A stretch of 64,000 bases of DNA. It comes from a virus. A program made the translations under genes and the position numbers. Below the pieces are notes generated by a model. The model saw only the letters and a program-made list of their open reading frames with translations. It had not been told where the DNA came from and searched no databases. The DNA lies in IMG/VR virus record IMGVR_UViG_3300027852_000031, positions 90,250 to 154,249 of that record. One strand, given 5' to 3'. Below, one piece after another: positions 40,698 to 50,169 of this stretch (position 1 is its first letter; each line of letters opens with the position of its first letter).

Positions 40698-41565
40698 ATT
40701 TTGCTCCAAAAGGATGACATTGGCTATGAATGTCACGCAGAGTATCTAATTGAACATCAAGGTATCTTTGTGTGGTAGACAATTGTTGATGACCAAGTAT
40801 GGTTTGAATTAAGTCTATATCCATTCCATTATTCATTAAGTCAGTTGCACAACTTTTTCTTAACGAATGAGAAGTTGTATGATTTACCCCCGCGCGGCGA
40901 GAATAATATGTAATCATATCACTAACCGCTCGACGCTTTAGTCGACTTCCATCTTGGCATACAAAAACAGCTTTTGTAGAAGACTGTCTATCGTATTCTA
41001 TGTATTCCTGGACAGCCGAAAGGCAGGAATGGGTAGTGGGAACAACTCGATCTCGACATCCTTTTCCATGTATTAGCAATTCTCGGCTTTTGATATTTAT
41101 ATCTTCCAGGTCTAACCCACAAAGTTCGGAAACTCGCAATCCACTATGGTACAGTATTAATACAATAGCGACATTACGACGAACGTTGCCGCCTCTAGGT
41201 GTCTGTGACATGTCATGGATAACAGATATAATTCTATCAATTTCACTTTTACAAATAACATGTCCACTCCTGCTTTCTGCTCTAACAGAATCTAAATTTT
41301 TTAATGAATTAATGTTTATTTTTCCAACAGTTGCTAAATATCGGAAAAAACATCTTACCGACATATATTTCCTTCGTATGGTTGTAGATAACAATCGCTT
41401 TGTTTTAAGATGGCCAATAAAATCATCCACCAAATCAATATCAAAACCTTTATCTTCTGTAAAATTTAGGAATTCGCCAACATCGTACATATACGCCCGC
41501 GATGTTTCTTCGCTAAGGTATAGTTCCGTTTGAATATATTGTTTAAATTCATCAATTAGTACCAT
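40675..41565 (-). CDS. XerC/D-like tyrosine recombinase
   Basis: SGLRVSEL, GKG, HSLRKSCAT, LGH, TTQRY. Confidence 0.92.
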   Translation of the reverse strand: MVLIDEFKQYIQTELYLSEETSRAYMYDVGEFLNFTEDKGFDIDLVDDFIGHLKTKRLLSTTIRRKYMSVRCFFRYLATVGKININSLKNLDSVRAESRSGHVICKSEIDRIISVIHDMSQTPRGGNVRRNVAIVLILYHSGLRVSELCGLDLEDINIKSRELLIHGKGCRDRVVPTTHSCLSAVQEYIEYDRQSSTKAVFVCQDGSRLKRRAVSDMITYYSRRAGVNHTTSHSLRKSCATDLMNNGMDIDLIQTILGHQQLSTTQRYLDVQLDTLRDIHSQCHPFGAKYVNATTE

Positions 41566-41581
41566 ATATATTCTCTACCAT

Positions 41582-41610
41582 ATTATACGACGCTATACCA
41601 TGACTGTTTT
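41582..41610 (-). promoter_or_regulatory. Putative promoter AAAACA-N17-TATAAT
   Basis: Intergenic variant of recurring motif. Confidence 0.5.
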
Positions 41611-41624
41611 GGGAATGTTATATT

Positions 41625-42449
41625 TTACACATTTGGAAAATCCGACTCAACCCCTTCTGTTCCGTCATCCAATTTTATTATTTTAAGCCCATGTGCAAAA
41701 AGTGGTGCTTGATTTTGTAAAATCTTGCACATTTTAATAGCCAATTTTCTTATTTCCAAATCAGCAGCTGGGTTGGCCCTTAATTCAATAAAATGACGCA
41801 CAGCCCTAGCATTCATTGTCACAACTATCTTTGTCTCCGTCGCATTTGGCAAAACAGATCTTGCTGCTTGTCTAGCTTTCTTTCTGCGTTCAAGCCCACT
41901 ATCAATATCAGAATACATTTCTGACAAACGATTGGTCAAATCGTTGTATAGATGCTGAGATTTTGTGCAATGTTCCATCCATTCGTCATATGCTTCTTTG
42001 TCAATTTCTGCCAACTCTTGAATAGCTTGTGGGACAATAAAAGCTACATTTGATGAATCAACGTACCGTTGACTTAGTTGTGAATACGAAGCAATCCGAT
42101 GTCTAACTAGTTCGTGAGTAAGACTGCGTGATATATTCCACATAGCAAATGTAAAAGTTGCATGCTCGATACATGCGCCATGACCTACCTCTATAAGATG
42201 TTTGATGTGATCGTCGTGAGATCTTCCCTTTTGTGTCTCGCCATTCTTGGGCCAGGATTGATAGCACATTCTACCAGCAAATTCAGTAATCCATTCGCCA
42301 TCGTCATCTCCGAGACTCACCATAGACTCTAACTTTTCTGTAAGTTCTGGCCAGGAATAATCGTGATCTTCCAAAAATCGTATTATACCTTCAATTTCAA
42401 GAACAGGCTTTCCGACTAGTGAGACTTCTGGTTCTGTAATAAAATTCAT
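41625..42449 (-). CDS. thyX: FAD-dependent thymidylate synthase
   Basis: ISRSLTHELVRHRIASYSQLSQRY, ARSVLPNAT, EIR. Confidence 0.95.
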   Translation of the reverse strand: MNFITEPEVSLVGKPVLEIEGIIRFLEDHDYSWPELTEKLESMVSLGDDDGEWITEFAGRMCYQSWPKNGETQKGRSHDDHIKHLIEVGHGACIEHATFTFAMWNISRSLTHELVRHRIASYSQLSQRYVDSSNVAFIVPQAIQELAEIDKEAYDEWMEHCTKSQHLYNDLTNRLSEMYSDIDSGLERRKKARQAARSVLPNATETKIVVTMNARAVRHFIELRANPAADLEIRKLAIKMCKILQNQAPLFAHGLKIIKLDDGTEGVESDFPNV

Positions 42450-42450
42450 G

Positions 42451-42732
42451 TTAAGACCCCTTTTGTTTGTGTTCCCTCATGTCCTCAAGCATTTCGCGTC
42501 TTTCTTTCTCAACTTTTTTAAGATTTATATCGAAGAACTCTGCTAATAATTCTTCTGTTGTCATACCAATTGGTCCGTATGTATTACTGGGCCAAGTACA
42601 AATACATAGATTGAATCTTTTCGTCCCAGCTGCCCATTCTAAAAACTCACCAATTGTCTGAGACTTATCTGCCACCGCCGCCATCTTTTCACATTCTGGA
42701 TATTTGTCCATTATTAACCTACTCCATTGCAT
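42451..42732 (-). CDS. Hypothetical protein
   Basis: Packed ORF. Confidence 0.5.
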   Translation of the reverse strand: MQWSRLIMDKYPECEKMAAVADKSQTIGEFLEWAAGTKRFNLCICTWPSNTYGPIGMTTEELLAEFFDINLKKVEKERREMLEDMREHKQKGS

Positions 42733-43012
42733 CCAAATATTTATCGTATTGAGTAACCTTGTTCATAAAAGAAACTAGTCGTTCATATACTTCGCAGGTA
42801 AAATTGTAGCCACCAATGAATTCATGTTGGATAAAACCAAATGCTTCTCTCATAGGAATATCACTGATCATGTGGAATGGCTGTATTTGCACAAAACATT
42901 TATTCCATTTACCAGAATCATTCTTTATGTCGACTAAGAAAAATCTACTGAGATAAGGCAATTGGCGATATCTTATTCTATATTTTCCAAATTGTATTGT
43001 GGGAGGCTTCAC
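42719..43012 (-). CDS. Hypothetical protein
   Basis: Packed ORF with AAAGGAG SD. Confidence 0.5.
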   Translation of the reverse strand: MKPPTIQFGKYRIRYRQLPYLSRFFLVDIKNDSGKWNKCFVQIQPFHMISDIPMREAFGFIQHEFIGGYNFTCEVYERLVSFMNKVTQYDKYLDAME

Positions 43013-44475
43013 TAAATATCTCCTTTGGTTATTTTATATGACAATTTAACACCACCAAATTCACCTGGTGAAATTATTGCCAATTGATTCAACACCCTCT
43101 GTCTTAAATCTACTGCTATATCCAAAACAGTTTTCAACTCATTCGATTTAACATTATCAACACTTCTGTGTGGAAATACCAACTTTAACAACCCAGATCC
43201 AATTCTAACAAGCGATCTCTGATCTCTTTGTCCCATTTTACCAAAGTCCACATTTTGCAATATGATATTTGCATAATTGCGATTTCTCATTCTATGCATT
43301 ACTTCAGACAGATAGTCAGCCATAAATCCCAGATTTTTAGAAAGATTAGCTTCCCTAATTGGACCAATGCGCCATCCTGGGATAAATCCGTGTATTCGAT
43401 CGAGGAATGCTCGGTCTTGACTAACAATTTGTGGAAGTGGTGAAAATAAGTTACGATATCTTACGGCGACCTCTTTTTTATCTCTGTCACAATCGATGTT
43501 ACCCATAAAAGTAACAGAACAGTCGGAAGCAAACTCAGCCGTACCTCTACCAAATTTTCCCGAATTCATAAAATCTTTCAGCAAATCTATTAAATCACCT
43601 TGCCCAGACCACTTATTCGCACCACGACTACTAGCAAATTCATCGAATGCAACCACATCCCTGTAACCAACCAAACCTAGTTGTCTCCTGAGTTTATCAT
43701 AAAATAAAGATGCGACAGTAGTCTGTGATCCGGAAATCACAAATCCATAAGAACTCAACGACTGATAAGCGAATGTTTTTCCTGTCATAGTTGGGCCGAG
43801 TTCTATCATATTCACATTTGACTCAACAAATGGAACCATCCTAACCATATATAGCCATTTTTCTTCTTCTGAAAGATTTGTTGAATCAAACCCGACACTA
43901 TTGATCATTAAATCGAGCCATTCTTCGTCGGAAAATCTTTCTCGACGTTGAATCCATGTGTCCAAATCAATCCCAGTAATTTGCATTGGACGGAATTCTG
44001 TCACAAGGAATGGATATAGTTTTTTGCGTATAACGTAAGATTCATCATACACGATTTTAAACACACCCCACGCACCAGTAGTTAATAGGGTTTCTCCGTA
44101 TTCTGTGATAAGATCTGAATCTATCCGAATATACTGATTTCCCAGACAAGATACGTCAATCCAATATATATCTTTTCCCTCGTCGTACCTACCCCGTATT
44201 CTACCAACAAGAGTATACTCACCCTTTTCCCTTATTTCACTTTTTATCCATTCTTTTTTATCAGAATCTAGAAAATGATTATCTAATAGTCTGCCAATAC
44301 GTTCAAGACCATGGATTGAATTATTGGAATCAACCATTTCTGCTATTAAATAATCAATTACAAAAGAGGGCAATTTTTTCCATTGATCGTTCCATTTAGA
44401 TATATTTTTGTCTATTATTGTCCCCTTCTCGGGAAACACCAAAGAAACCTTTTGTGTCATTGTGGTTTCAACCAT
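43012..44475 (-). CDS. BrxL-like MCM-type AAA+ ATPase lacking the Lon protease domain
   Basis: MVPFVE.N.N.IELGP..TGKT, DVVAFDE, KDFM.SG.FGRG, AFLDRIH..IPGW, DYLSE. Confidence 0.8.
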   Translation of the reverse strand: MVETTMTQKVSLVFPEKGTIIDKNISKWNDQWKKLPSFVIDYLIAEMVDSNNSIHGLERIGRLLDNHFLDSDKKEWIKSEIREKGEYTLVGRIRGRYDEGKDIYWIDVSCLGNQYIRIDSDLITEYGETLLTTGAWGVFKIVYDESYVIRKKLYPFLVTEFRPMQITGIDLDTWIQRRERFSDEEWLDLMINSVGFDSTNLSEEEKWLYMVRMVPFVESNVNMIELGPTMTGKTFAYQSLSSYGFVISGSQTTVASLFYDKLRRQLGLVGYRDVVAFDEFASSRGANKWSGQGDLIDLLKDFMNSGKFGRGTAEFASDCSVTFMGNIDCDRDKKEVAVRYRNLFSPLPQIVSQDRAFLDRIHGFIPGWRIGPIREANLSKNLGFMADYLSEVMHRMRNRNYANIILQNVDFGKMGQRDQRSLVRIGSGLLKLVFPHRSVDNVKSNELKTVLDIAVDLRQRVLNQLAIISPGEFGGVKLSYKITKGDI

Positions 44476-44626
44476 TCATTTGCTCCGTTTCCGTTTTCTT
44501 GCAGGCATAGTTATTGCCTTTTCTGGCAACCAACCATTTGTGATGTCCCCATTTATCATTCTCAACTCTTTTTATAACAACAAGCCTACCGAATTTCTTA
44601 CCTGTTAAATCAATTAATTTTGACAC
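44468..44626 (-). pseudogene. Internally deleted HNH endonuclease remnant
   Basis: GTG 44626 gives SKLIDLTGKKFGRLVVIKRVENDKWGHHKWL; another frame then gives GWLPEKAITMPARKRK; both match the ends of the 50583-51206 protein. Confidence 0.7.
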
Positions 44627-44631
44627 AATAT

Positions 44632-44898
44632 CTACATTTCAAAAAGAGATAGGGCATCCGATCTAGTTACAACCGACTCTACAAACTCGTCTTCGTAAGG
44701 CTCGTGATGGGCCGTATTTGGCATTCTCGCAGCTTCTCCTGGCCTTTCTAAGCAAGATGCGTGTATCGAGACATAAGAACCACCAGTGGTCTCTGAGTGG
44801 ACGTAATCGTGTTCTGACGGCCCGCAGAATTTTACTCTACTGCCATAAAAAACATAGTCGCCAGGCGCAATAGCCAATTTGCATATTGGACATTCCAT
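44632..44898 (-). CDS. Hypothetical zinc-binding protein
   Basis: CPIC...HASC. Confidence 0.5.
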   Translation of the reverse strand: MECPICKLAIAPGDYVFYGSRVKFCGPSEHDYVHSETTGGSYVSIHASCLERPGEAARMPNTAHHEPYEDEFVESVVTRSDALSLFEM

Positions 44899-45193
44899 AT
44901 ACTTTTAACTCACTATTATTCCACTACAGCGAATATCGATAATTCTGACACGATAAATATCTTTTAATCTTTGATATCACTACGATGCAATCATGACTAA
45001 TAATATTCTTAGATATTCCAAGGTTGATCGAGACTCTAGTGCATGACAGAGAATATATATAACAACACAAAGATCTCAAGATTATCGATGATGATATACT
45101 AACAAGAGTTTACTATAAGTAGAGTCAGAAATCAAGAAAGTGTTCCAACAAAAATATAAAAAGTTGAATAAAATCATGTTTTACCACTAGATC

Positions 45194-45706
45194 TTAATCT
45201 TTTGAAGCTGTACTATGTTTTAAAAGCATATCGATGGCGTCTTGATTTAAAGCAGCTTCTTCGTCGTTCATGTGGTGGATAATAGATATTCCATTTAAAT
45301 GATCTATTTCATGTTGCCATATTCTGGTTGTTAATTGATTTCCAACGAACTGAACTGGTCTGCCGTTGATTCCTGTTCCTCGCAACACAGCAGACGTGGA
45401 TCGTTCTATAGTAACATGAATCCCAGGGAAAGATAGACACCCCTCTTGCGATAAAGACGATCCAGTAACTCCTCGCAACTCTGGGTTCCAAATTGCCTGA
45501 ACACAACCTTGGTCTAACCATACGAACATTCTAATATTAAATCCCACCTGTGGTGCCGATAACCCACACCCACGTTTTTTTCTCATGACTTTAAACATTT
45601 TAGACACTAACCTGATTCTCTCTTCTTGTAATTTATTGTCTACTTTATCATTTACAGGTTGGCATATTTGCGTCAATATCGCGTCAGGATAAACTCTAAG
45701 TTTCAT
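45194..45706 (-). CDS. def: Peptide deformylase
   Basis: GCGLSAPQVG, EGCLS, QHEIDH. Confidence 0.95.
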   Translation of the reverse strand: MKLRVYPDAILTQICQPVNDKVDNKLQEERIRLVSKMFKVMRKKRGCGLSAPQVGFNIRMFVWLDQGCVQAIWNPELRGVTGSSLSQEGCLSFPGIHVTIERSTSAVLRGTGINGRPVQFVGNQLTTRIWQHEIDHLNGISIIHHMNDEEAALNQDAIDMLLKHSTASKD

Positions 45707-45989
45707 TTGTATTTCTCCATGCCCTACTCTGTGTTTCTGTTGCCAACTTTTTGTGTCTTGCAGATCTATATTTTCTGGAGAGTAATGTACCAGTTATTCT
45801 TTTCGCAGCACTACCTATCAATAGTTTAGTTATGGGACCATGAGCGCGGATTGCTTCTCTCAATCCACCTACTATAATCATATTAATTTTTTGTCTGTCT
45901 GTTCGTTTCTTTTTCACTTGAACCTCAATTCTAAAGAATATACACGACAAACTGGGATGAACATACAAACGCGACGGACCACCGCGCAA
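45696..45989 (-). CDS. Basic hypothetical protein
   Basis: Packed ORF; start uncertain. Confidence 0.4.
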   Translation of the reverse strand: MRGGPSRLYVHPSLSCIFFRIEVQVKKKRTDRQKINMIIVGGLREAIRAHGPITKLLIGSAAKRITGTLLSRKYRSARHKKLATETQSRAWRNTNET

Positions 45990-45992
45990 AGT

Positions 45993-46343
45993 CTAACAAT
46001 CATGTATTTGCTGGTCCCAACCAGAGTATTTAATTTTCACAGGATATTTAGACAACAATTTATGACAATTTTTACATGGCTTGGCCATCGATAATCCTTT
46101 TTTATTTATTCTTATGACCAATATTGTAATACCCCTAAATCTATCAAAGGCATTTAATTTGTGCAATTTATTTATTAGTGCTTCTTCGGCATGTTGGGTG
46201 AATTTTTTTGATTGGCCATCAATTCTACGATTATGCGCTGTAGCTATGATTTCGCCAGACGAAGCGAACGCCACTGCTGATACTTTTGCCCTTCTGACAT
46301 TAGAATATTTTGCGGCTTTTACGGCTTTTTCAGGTACGAGCAT
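45993..46343 (-). CDS. Zn-dependent cytidine/dCMP deaminase-like protein
   Basis: HAE and KPCKNC. Confidence 0.78.
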   Translation of the reverse strand: MLVPEKAVKAAKYSNVRRAKVSAVAFASSGEIIATAHNRRIDGQSKKFTQHAEEALINKLHKLNAFDRFRGITILVIRINKKGLSMAKPCKNCHKLLSKYPVKIKYSGWDQQIHDC

Positions 46344-46354
46344 ATCTAATCAAC

Positions 46355-46723
46355 TTATTGTTTATGATTTTGTTTGATAGTTGCTTTTATCGCATTAATC
46401 ATTGGTAATACTTTATTATGTTTATTAAATTTGTTATATGGAGATTCTATAGTGTCACATGATCCGCTATACTTTCCTAACGGACATTTATCACAATCAT
46501 CATGGTAATGCACACATAGAGCACAAGTATCAGCGTTTATATAAAATTCATTATAATCCTTATCTTCTAAGAAGTAACCCCCATATAGTTTAATACTGTG
46601 TTTCCTAAGATTACGCCTTAGAAGGCCAGTCCATTTTTTGAGCGAATGTCTCAAAGCATATCTTTTAGAACATTTTTTCGCAGGTGTCCTGTAAAATTCA
46701 CGTTTCCAAGATGCAAGACTCAT
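46355..46723 (-). CDS. Cys-rich hypothetical protein, paralog A
   Basis: TCALC..C..CPL..C; paralog at 56144-56530. Confidence 0.65.
   Translation of the reverse strand: MSLASWKREFYRTPAKKCSKRYALRHSLKKWTGLLRRNLRKHSIKLYGGYFLEDKDYNEFYINADTCALCVHYHDDCDKCPLGKYSGSCDTIESPYNKFNKHNKVLPMINAIKATIKQNHKQ
46599..46723. repeat. 125 bp dispersed direct repeat, copy 1 (copy 2 at 56406-56530)
   Basis: 46599-46684 identical to 56406-56491; remainder near-identical. Confidence 0.9.
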
Positions 46724-46727
46724 GATA

Positions 46728-47369
46728 TTACTCCCGTGGTCTGTGTTTGTTTTTCCATGATTTTGGTTTTGTGGTCAATGCTTTTTTTGTTGACCACCCC
46801 CTATTAAGTCTGTCCGATATTATACCAGGTTTGATCTGATAATGTTCTCCCCATGCAGATAGACATTTTGTTTCACTATTAAACGTTATTAATCTATTAT
46901 TTCTTTTGTTCCTAGCTTGTTCTTTGTGCGTTGCCCATCTACAGTTTGTTTTGTTATATCCTTTATTGTTATTTTTCCTATCTAATGAGTGGTGTTTTGT
47001 GGGAGGGTGGCCCATGTCTGATAGAAAATTTTCGAATTTATGCCATTTTTTATGAACACGGATACCCCTGCCACCCCACTGAGAATATTTCTCGTATTTT
47101 TTATTGTGGCATCTATTCAACATAGCTGCCCAAGCGCGATAAACTTGTGTTCGGTTGTTAACTCTATTATTACCATGTTTTAAATTATTACCATTCTTTT
47201 TGATACATCCACAGCTTTTTGTACTACCGTTTCTTAGACTTGATCCTTCTGTGGTTTTTATTTACCCACATTCACATCGACACATCCATCGTGGGGAACC
47301 CCACTTGTTATTGGATGCTCTTTGTATAACTGTTAGTTTGCCAAATTTTTTATTGGTTAGGTTAAACAC
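46728..47369 (-). pseudogene. HNH homing endonuclease with in-frame TAA at 47262-47264
   Basis: From GTG 47369: FNLTNKKFGKLTV...CRCECG*IKT...TKSCGC...LDRKNNNKGY..NCRWAT. Confidence 0.8.
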
Positions 47370-47556
47370 GGAATGTTTTCCCAATACTTGGATGTCTTTT
47401 GACTTCCTCTACAATCCATGCTCTTAGACGAGCTTCTATTTTTTCTAGAGATTCTTTTGAAACTCTGGTGATAGGCATTCCGGGCCGTATACTGGAAAAC
47501 TTAGCCAGGATAAATTTTTTAGTTTGTATTTGGTTCAATATACTAGCCATTATCAT
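47362..47556 (-). CDS. Small basic protein, possible minimal histone fold
   Basis: helix-TRVS-long amphipathic helix-GKT pattern. Confidence 0.45.
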   Translation of the reverse strand: MIMASILNQIQTKKFILAKFSSIRPGMPITRVSKESLEKIEARLRAWIVEEVKRHPSIGKTFRV

Positions 47557-47571
47557 CCCCTTTGTTCCATA

Positions 47572-47772
47572 CTAATTTCTTTCTAACCTACGATTCTTTA
47601 GCACTGATCGTTGTCTATATTCTGGCTTTTGTTTTGTGGAGGATGTTGTTCCTAGAGACTCTTCTATTTCTTTCATAAACCTATCGCACTCGGGACCGAC
47701 GAATCCTTCACCATCGACCGAACAGTTTCCATCATTATCTATTTCTATTATAATGTGTTTTTGTTTTGTCAT
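47572..47772 (-). CDS. DUF2997-like protein
   Basis: IEIDNDG...EGFVGPEC...IEESLG...KPEY. Confidence 0.75.
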   Translation of the reverse strand: MTKQKHIIIEIDNDGNCSVDGEGFVGPECDRFMKEIEESLGTTSSTKQKPEYRQRSVLKNRRLERN

Positions 47773-48071
47773 GTATATTTCCCCAATAATTGTTGAGCGA
47801 ACAGGACTTTTCCGGCCTTAACACCTTCTCTATAGGAATCTGAATGATCTGCACAATATTTTTGTATATCTGATTTAGATTGATACGATTGCTTAGATTC
47901 TTGCTCTATTATATCTATCATTTTCGATGTTTTTTGGCAGTTAAGTTGAAGCATTGTTTTTAGTTCTGCTGCTATCGCGATAGCAGTTACTTCTGGGAGA
48001 GTGTAGTCATTGGCTGTACACCAGTCTTTGACCCTTATTAATGCTTGTTTTGTAAATTCACTATCCATCAT
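47769..48071 (-). CDS. Hypothetical protein
   Basis: Packed ORF. Confidence 0.5.
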   Translation of the reverse strand: MMDSEFTKQALIRVKDWCTANDYTLPEVTAIAIAAELKTMLQLNCQKTSKMIDIIEQESKQSYQSKSDIQKYCADHSDSYREGVKAGKVLFAQQLLGKYT

Positions 48072-48312
48072 AATATTTACCTCCTGGAGAAAATTCTTTT
48101 ATTTCAAAGTTTATAGCGGATTGCCGACTAGTATTTTGATGTAATACTTCTCCCCCTAGAGATAATACTTCCCACATCTGTTCGGTCTCATTAAACTCAA
48201 CATTACTAGCCTTACGAACATCTGTTATTAAACCAACAGAGAATAAATCGATCTCATCTGTATATAGTCCAGAAAGATTACCTTGATTGTCAATGTCAAA
48301 AGTTATTTTCAT
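48061..48312 (-). CDS. Small conserved-looking protein of the DUF1257/DUF2997 neighbourhood
   Basis: G.L..LY.D.IDL..G...RKASNVE..W...R..A..E pattern recalled from such loci. Confidence 0.5.
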   Translation of the reverse strand: MKITFDIDNQGNLSGLYTDEIDLFSVGLITDVRKASNVEFNETEQMWEVLSLGGEVLHQNTSRQSAINFEIKEFSPGGKYYDG

Positions 48313-48316
48313 AATA

Positions 48317-48610
48317 TTATTCTCTAGTCATCTTCGTATCACCACAGTGCATATTATACAGTTCGATAGCACCATCTCTTATATCCAGAATTAAATTAAC
48401 AGCCAATCTTTCCGCATCTCTTCGAGCTTGTCTGATAGTTTTTCTCATTGGGCCTTCTAATTTGTAAGATGTTCCAAGATAAGCAGAACCTCTAAAATAT
48501 TGACATTGACACCAATCTGGACGGCATGAGAGACAAATATCGTGCCATTCAGCTTTTGATACAGATCGAGAAAATGTATATACCCATTTTTTTGTCAGCT
48601 TGATTTTCAT
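48317..48610 (-). CDS. Hypothetical protein
   Basis: Packed ORF. Confidence 0.5.
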   Translation of the reverse strand: MKIKLTKKWVYTFSRSVSKAEWHDICLSCRPDWCQCQYFRGSAYLGTSYKLEGPMRKTIRQARRDAERLAVNLILDIRDGAIELYNMHCGDTKMTRE

Positions 48611-49983
48611 CAGTTACTCCTTGGCAACGTTTCTTCTAGAGAAAGTGGGCTTACTACCACATGGGATACATGACTTCTTAGTTCGTTAAGATTATATGCG
48701 CCACCCATTGCAAGACCGGATTTTATTCCCATAACAAGTCTAGACACAACATCATATGTAGATCCATTATTATGTGTAGGAATTTCAACACCTTCCTCTG
48801 CTCTATCGTGCCTGTTGGATGCCTGACAGGTACTCATACCTCTATATATATGTCTTCCGTCCATCATGGGGGTAGCGTCTGTGCCGGAAAGAAGATATCC
48901 GATCATACATATATCAGCACCACCCCATATGGCTTTGACCATATCTCCGCTTTGTCTTATTCCTCCGTCTGCTATAATTGTTACTTCTGGATATGTGTTC
49001 TTCAGTGCTGTATTTACATCCATAATAGCGGATAATTCTGGAATTCCAAAGCCAGAAACAATCCTTGTTGTGCAAATTGCACCTGATCCGATTCCAACCT
49101 TAATGGCTTCTACACCTCGTTTAGCCAGTCCGATAGCTGCGCACGGCGTACACACGTTACCGGCCATAAGTATAAATGGATATTGATTTTTAATACCAAT
49201 TATTTCTTCAATGCGTTGGTGCATAAGTTGATGGTCGGCATGGGCTACATCTAAACATATCACAGAACACCCATTATCTACCAATTTTTTTATATGATCT
49301 AAATTATTGTTCCTAATACCTACTGCGCAGCCCACAACATTAGCATTATTCTGAACAGCCTGTTTAATTTCCTTCACTTGTCTGGCTTGCTCGTCTATTG
49401 TATTCATATTCATATAGCGTGTTAATATCCCCAAACCTCCAGCAGAAGACATGGCACACAACATTTCTGGCCCAGATATAGTATCCATCGGAGATGAAAT
49501 AATTGGAATTCGCAACTTGATATGTCCTATTTTGGTGGATATATCTGGTGTTGTTCTGGAAACTAAATCTGAATATCTAGGGATCAAAAGTATGTCGTTA
49601 AAACAAAGTTTGGTATTATTGGTTTGTGTCGGTGTGGTCAATGTTCTTTCTATAGACCATCCTCTGTTGAGTCTTTCTTTGATTGTAGTAGAATTTATGT
49701 TAACAGATTTCGACCAATCTTTGAGACACTGTGTAACGCCATGGAATGTCAACAGGTGATTGTTTCTTTTGTTTTTGTTTTGCTGTTTCGCTGCATGTTG
49801 TTTTTGTAGGCATCCACAGCTTTTTGTATGACCATTTTTTATAGAACTACCACGGACTATCGTTATGTACCCGCAGTCACACCTACATTCCCATACTGTA
49901 TTTTTTTTGTTATCACGACCTGCACATTTTAGTACGGTGAGATTATTGATTTTTTCCCCAGATAAGTCTAGTTTCTTTGGCAT
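48610..49983 (-). CDS. GMP reductase/IMPDH-family enzyme with N-terminal HNH-derived domains
   Basis: SSPMDT, DVAH, GNV, KVGIGSGAICTTR, ADGGI, YRGMS, EG; first ~125 aa match the ends of the HNH family. Confidence 0.88.
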   Translation of the reverse strand: MPKKLDLSGEKINNLTVLKCAGRDNKKNTVWECRCDCGYITIVRGSSIKNGHTKSCGCLQKQHAAKQQNKNKRNNHLLTFHGVTQCLKDWSKSVNINSTTIKERLNRGWSIERTLTTPTQTNNTKLCFNDILLIPRYSDLVSRTTPDISTKIGHIKLRIPIISSPMDTISGPEMLCAMSSAGGLGILTRYMNMNTIDEQARQVKEIKQAVQNNANVVGCAVGIRNNNLDHIKKLVDNGCSVICLDVAHADHQLMHQRIEEIIGIKNQYPFILMAGNVCTPCAAIGLAKRGVEAIKVGIGSGAICTTRIVSGFGIPELSAIMDVNTALKNTYPEVTIIADGGIRQSGDMVKAIWGGADICMIGYLLSGTDATPMMDGRHIYRGMSTCQASNRHDRAEEGVEIPTHNNGSTYDVVSRLVMGIKSGLAMGGAYNLNELRSHVSHVVVSPLSLEETLPRSN

Positions 49984-49989
49984 TATATA

Positions 49990-50169
49990 TTAAACCCCAA
50001 TTATATCTAGTAATTCACCTATTGTGTCGAATTGCCTATTGTCTTTTTCTAAACCATTTACTTCAATGATTATTTTACCGCTTCCATCACTGAAAAATAC
50101 TAAACTATATTCTTTTCCAAATTTATATTCAATTGCATAAAGTAAATTTTTTATTGGAAACACCTCCAT
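49990..50169 (-). CDS. Small hypothetical protein (59 aa)
   Basis: Manual translation MEVFPIKNLLYAIEY...LLDIIGV fills the gap; TAATG overlap with upstream stop. Confidence 0.45.
   Translation of the reverse strand: MEVFPIKNLLYAIEYKFGKEYSLVFFSDGSGKIIIEVNGLEKDNRQFDTIGELLDIIGV

Noticed and set aside
40675-41565. Tyrosine recombinase marking a prophage boundary
   Set aside because: No att-like repeat or switch to host-like genes on either side; more likely a genome-resolution function
47262-47264. In-frame TAA as evidence of stop-codon reassignment
   Set aside because: Isolated case in a decaying HNH gene; TAA, TAG and TGA all end conserved genes normally
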